A DNA stretch of 45,160 nt from a virus (lineage: Duplodnaviria; Caudoviricetes), in the IMG/VR virus record IMGVR_UViG_3300046009_003661, positions 1 to 45,160 of that record. One strand, given 5' to 3'. Below are positions 44,132 to 45,160 of this stretch, piece by piece; position 1 is the first letter of the stretch; each line of letters starts with the position of its first letter. Under the pieces are notes generated by a model, which saw only the letters and a list, made by a program, of their open reading frames with translations, was not told the origin of the DNA and did not search any database. Made by a program: the position numbers and the translations under genes.

Positions 44132-45160
44132 TTATCCTTTAAATGCAATATTTTTATCCAAGTCAATGCGAATCAAAAAATTCATATCAACATCGTTTCG
44201 TTTTTTGATTGGTTGTGCTAATTTACCAATTGCTAGTAATTCTCCGGCTTCATTATACAATCCAATTGTAGTTATGTAAGGAGCAAAAGCACTACCACTA
44301 ACAAAACTATGATATGTTGAATCATCGTCTTGTGTTAATGATAAATTAGTTGACATATTAAAATCGCCAGCATCTAATTTAGCAACGGCACTGAGTTCAT
44401 TGATTGTTACAGTGCTTTGATAGCTAGCTGTATATGGACTTGATAAAATATTTTTAAATCTATAATCTGCTGATGAAATTACAACGAGTCCTTGTTTGCT
44501 AAACACGTTGCCGACATGAGCTGTTTGTAAAAATGTTCCTCCTACGCTACGGTCCGCTAACGCACTTATGTTGCTAGCGGAAAGTGACTTGTTAAATATT
44601 CTAATTTCATCGAGAACACCTTTAAAAATTGAGTTTATATTAGGATGACCGCCTATATACACATCAGATGTGTTATCAATTCTACCTGATGCACTCAATG
44701 GGCTATATGTATTGGTAAGTATTTGATTGGATACAGAATTACTCAATGTTCCATTGATATACAATTGTAAAGTGCTTCCTGTTTTTTGACAAACAACGTG
44801 AGTCCATGTACCATTTGTTAACGCAGCTGATGATGTAACAAAAACTAAGTTAGTTGTACTTGCTGCGGCCGCAAACATTAATTTATTTGAAGATAATCCA
44901 GATACAGCAAATGGATATTGACTTTGCAATGAACTTGACAATTTACTGATTAGTAAATTACTAGCACCAAATCCTGATATTGGGTCTATCCAAAAAGAAA
45001 TTGCATAATCATGGTCTCGATCATAATACCCTGGAATTGATGTTTGTATATAACTGCGAATATTTGCGCCAGAATTACTAAATTTAGCACACAGGCCAAC
45101 CGGCTGATTATCAACTAATGTAGTCACACCAGACTGGTATGTAACATATTCACTTGTATT
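44132..45160 (-). CDS. LamG-domain virion protein (5' end outside the window)
   Basis: ISFWI...WTHVV......LQLYING...IGG......G.LDEIRIFNKSL; C-terminal PYITTIGLYN...ELLAIGKL..PI. Frame stays open to 45160. Confidence 0.8.
   Translation of the reverse strand, partial: NTSEYVTYQSGVTTLVDNQPVGLCAKFSNSGANIRSYIQTSIPGYYDRDHDYAISFWIDPISGFGASNLLISKLSSSLQSQYPFAVSGLSSNKLMFAAAASTTNLVFVTSSAALTNGTWTHVVCQKTGSTLQLYINGTLSNSVSNQILTNTYSPLSASGRIDNTSDVYIGGHPNINSIFKGVLDEIRIFNKSLSASNISALADRSVGGTFLQTAHVGNVFSKQGLVVISSADYRFKNILSSPYTASYQSTVTINELSAVAKLDAGDFNMSTNLSLTQDDDSTYHSFVSGSAFAPYITTIGLYNEAGELLAIGKLAQPIKKRNDVDMNFLIRIDLDKNIAFKG

Noticed and set aside
1-45160. Stop-codon reassignment (seen in some large phages)
   Set aside because: Core genes are full length and tightly packed under the standard code, with no fragmentation at TAG or TGA.
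1-45160. tRNA genes, introns, inteins, diversity-generating retroelement
   Set aside because: No cloverleaf was seen in the short intergenic gaps; terminase, portal, capsid and primase are uninterrupted; there is no reverse transcriptase or adenine-specific TR/VR pair.

Overview
This is an AT-rich, densely coding segment of a large T4-related myovirus (Caudoviricetes). Every credible gene is on the minus strand. Reading from the right, it holds virion proteins, a small protein kinase, a T7-endonuclease-I-like nuclease, primase, a fused Mre11-Rad50 (gp47-gp46) nuclease, a nucleotidyltransferase/ligase-like multidomain protein and a possible spanin-like pair. The core morphogenesis module follows: large terminase, portal, prohead protease, ribosomal protein bS21, scaffold, major capsid, PhoH, an HNH homing endonuclease, neck gp13/gp14, tail completion gp15, fibre/lectin proteins, sheath, tube, tail assembly chaperone, tape measure and baseplate genes. 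The layout matches my recollection of large freshwater bS21-encoding phages. Promoter shape, a Gln after a predicted signal peptide and the bS21 C-terminus suggest a Bacteroidota host (inference). The main leads are: (1) a possible translation-takeover system, with bS21 in its own host-type promoter/terminator unit and Shine-Dalgarno sites concentrated on abundant late genes; (2) a candidate +1 'shifty stop' frameshift in the tail chaperone; (3) a late-promoter motif ATATTTATA, the reverse complement of the T4 late promoter, often fused to terminators; (4) prohead-protease-type [LIV]-x-E sites marking putative packaged enzymes, including a three-domain polyprotein; (5) strong [ST]-G-S/[ST]-A-S enrichment in outer virion proteins. 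All assignments come from motif recognition by eye; no searches were run.
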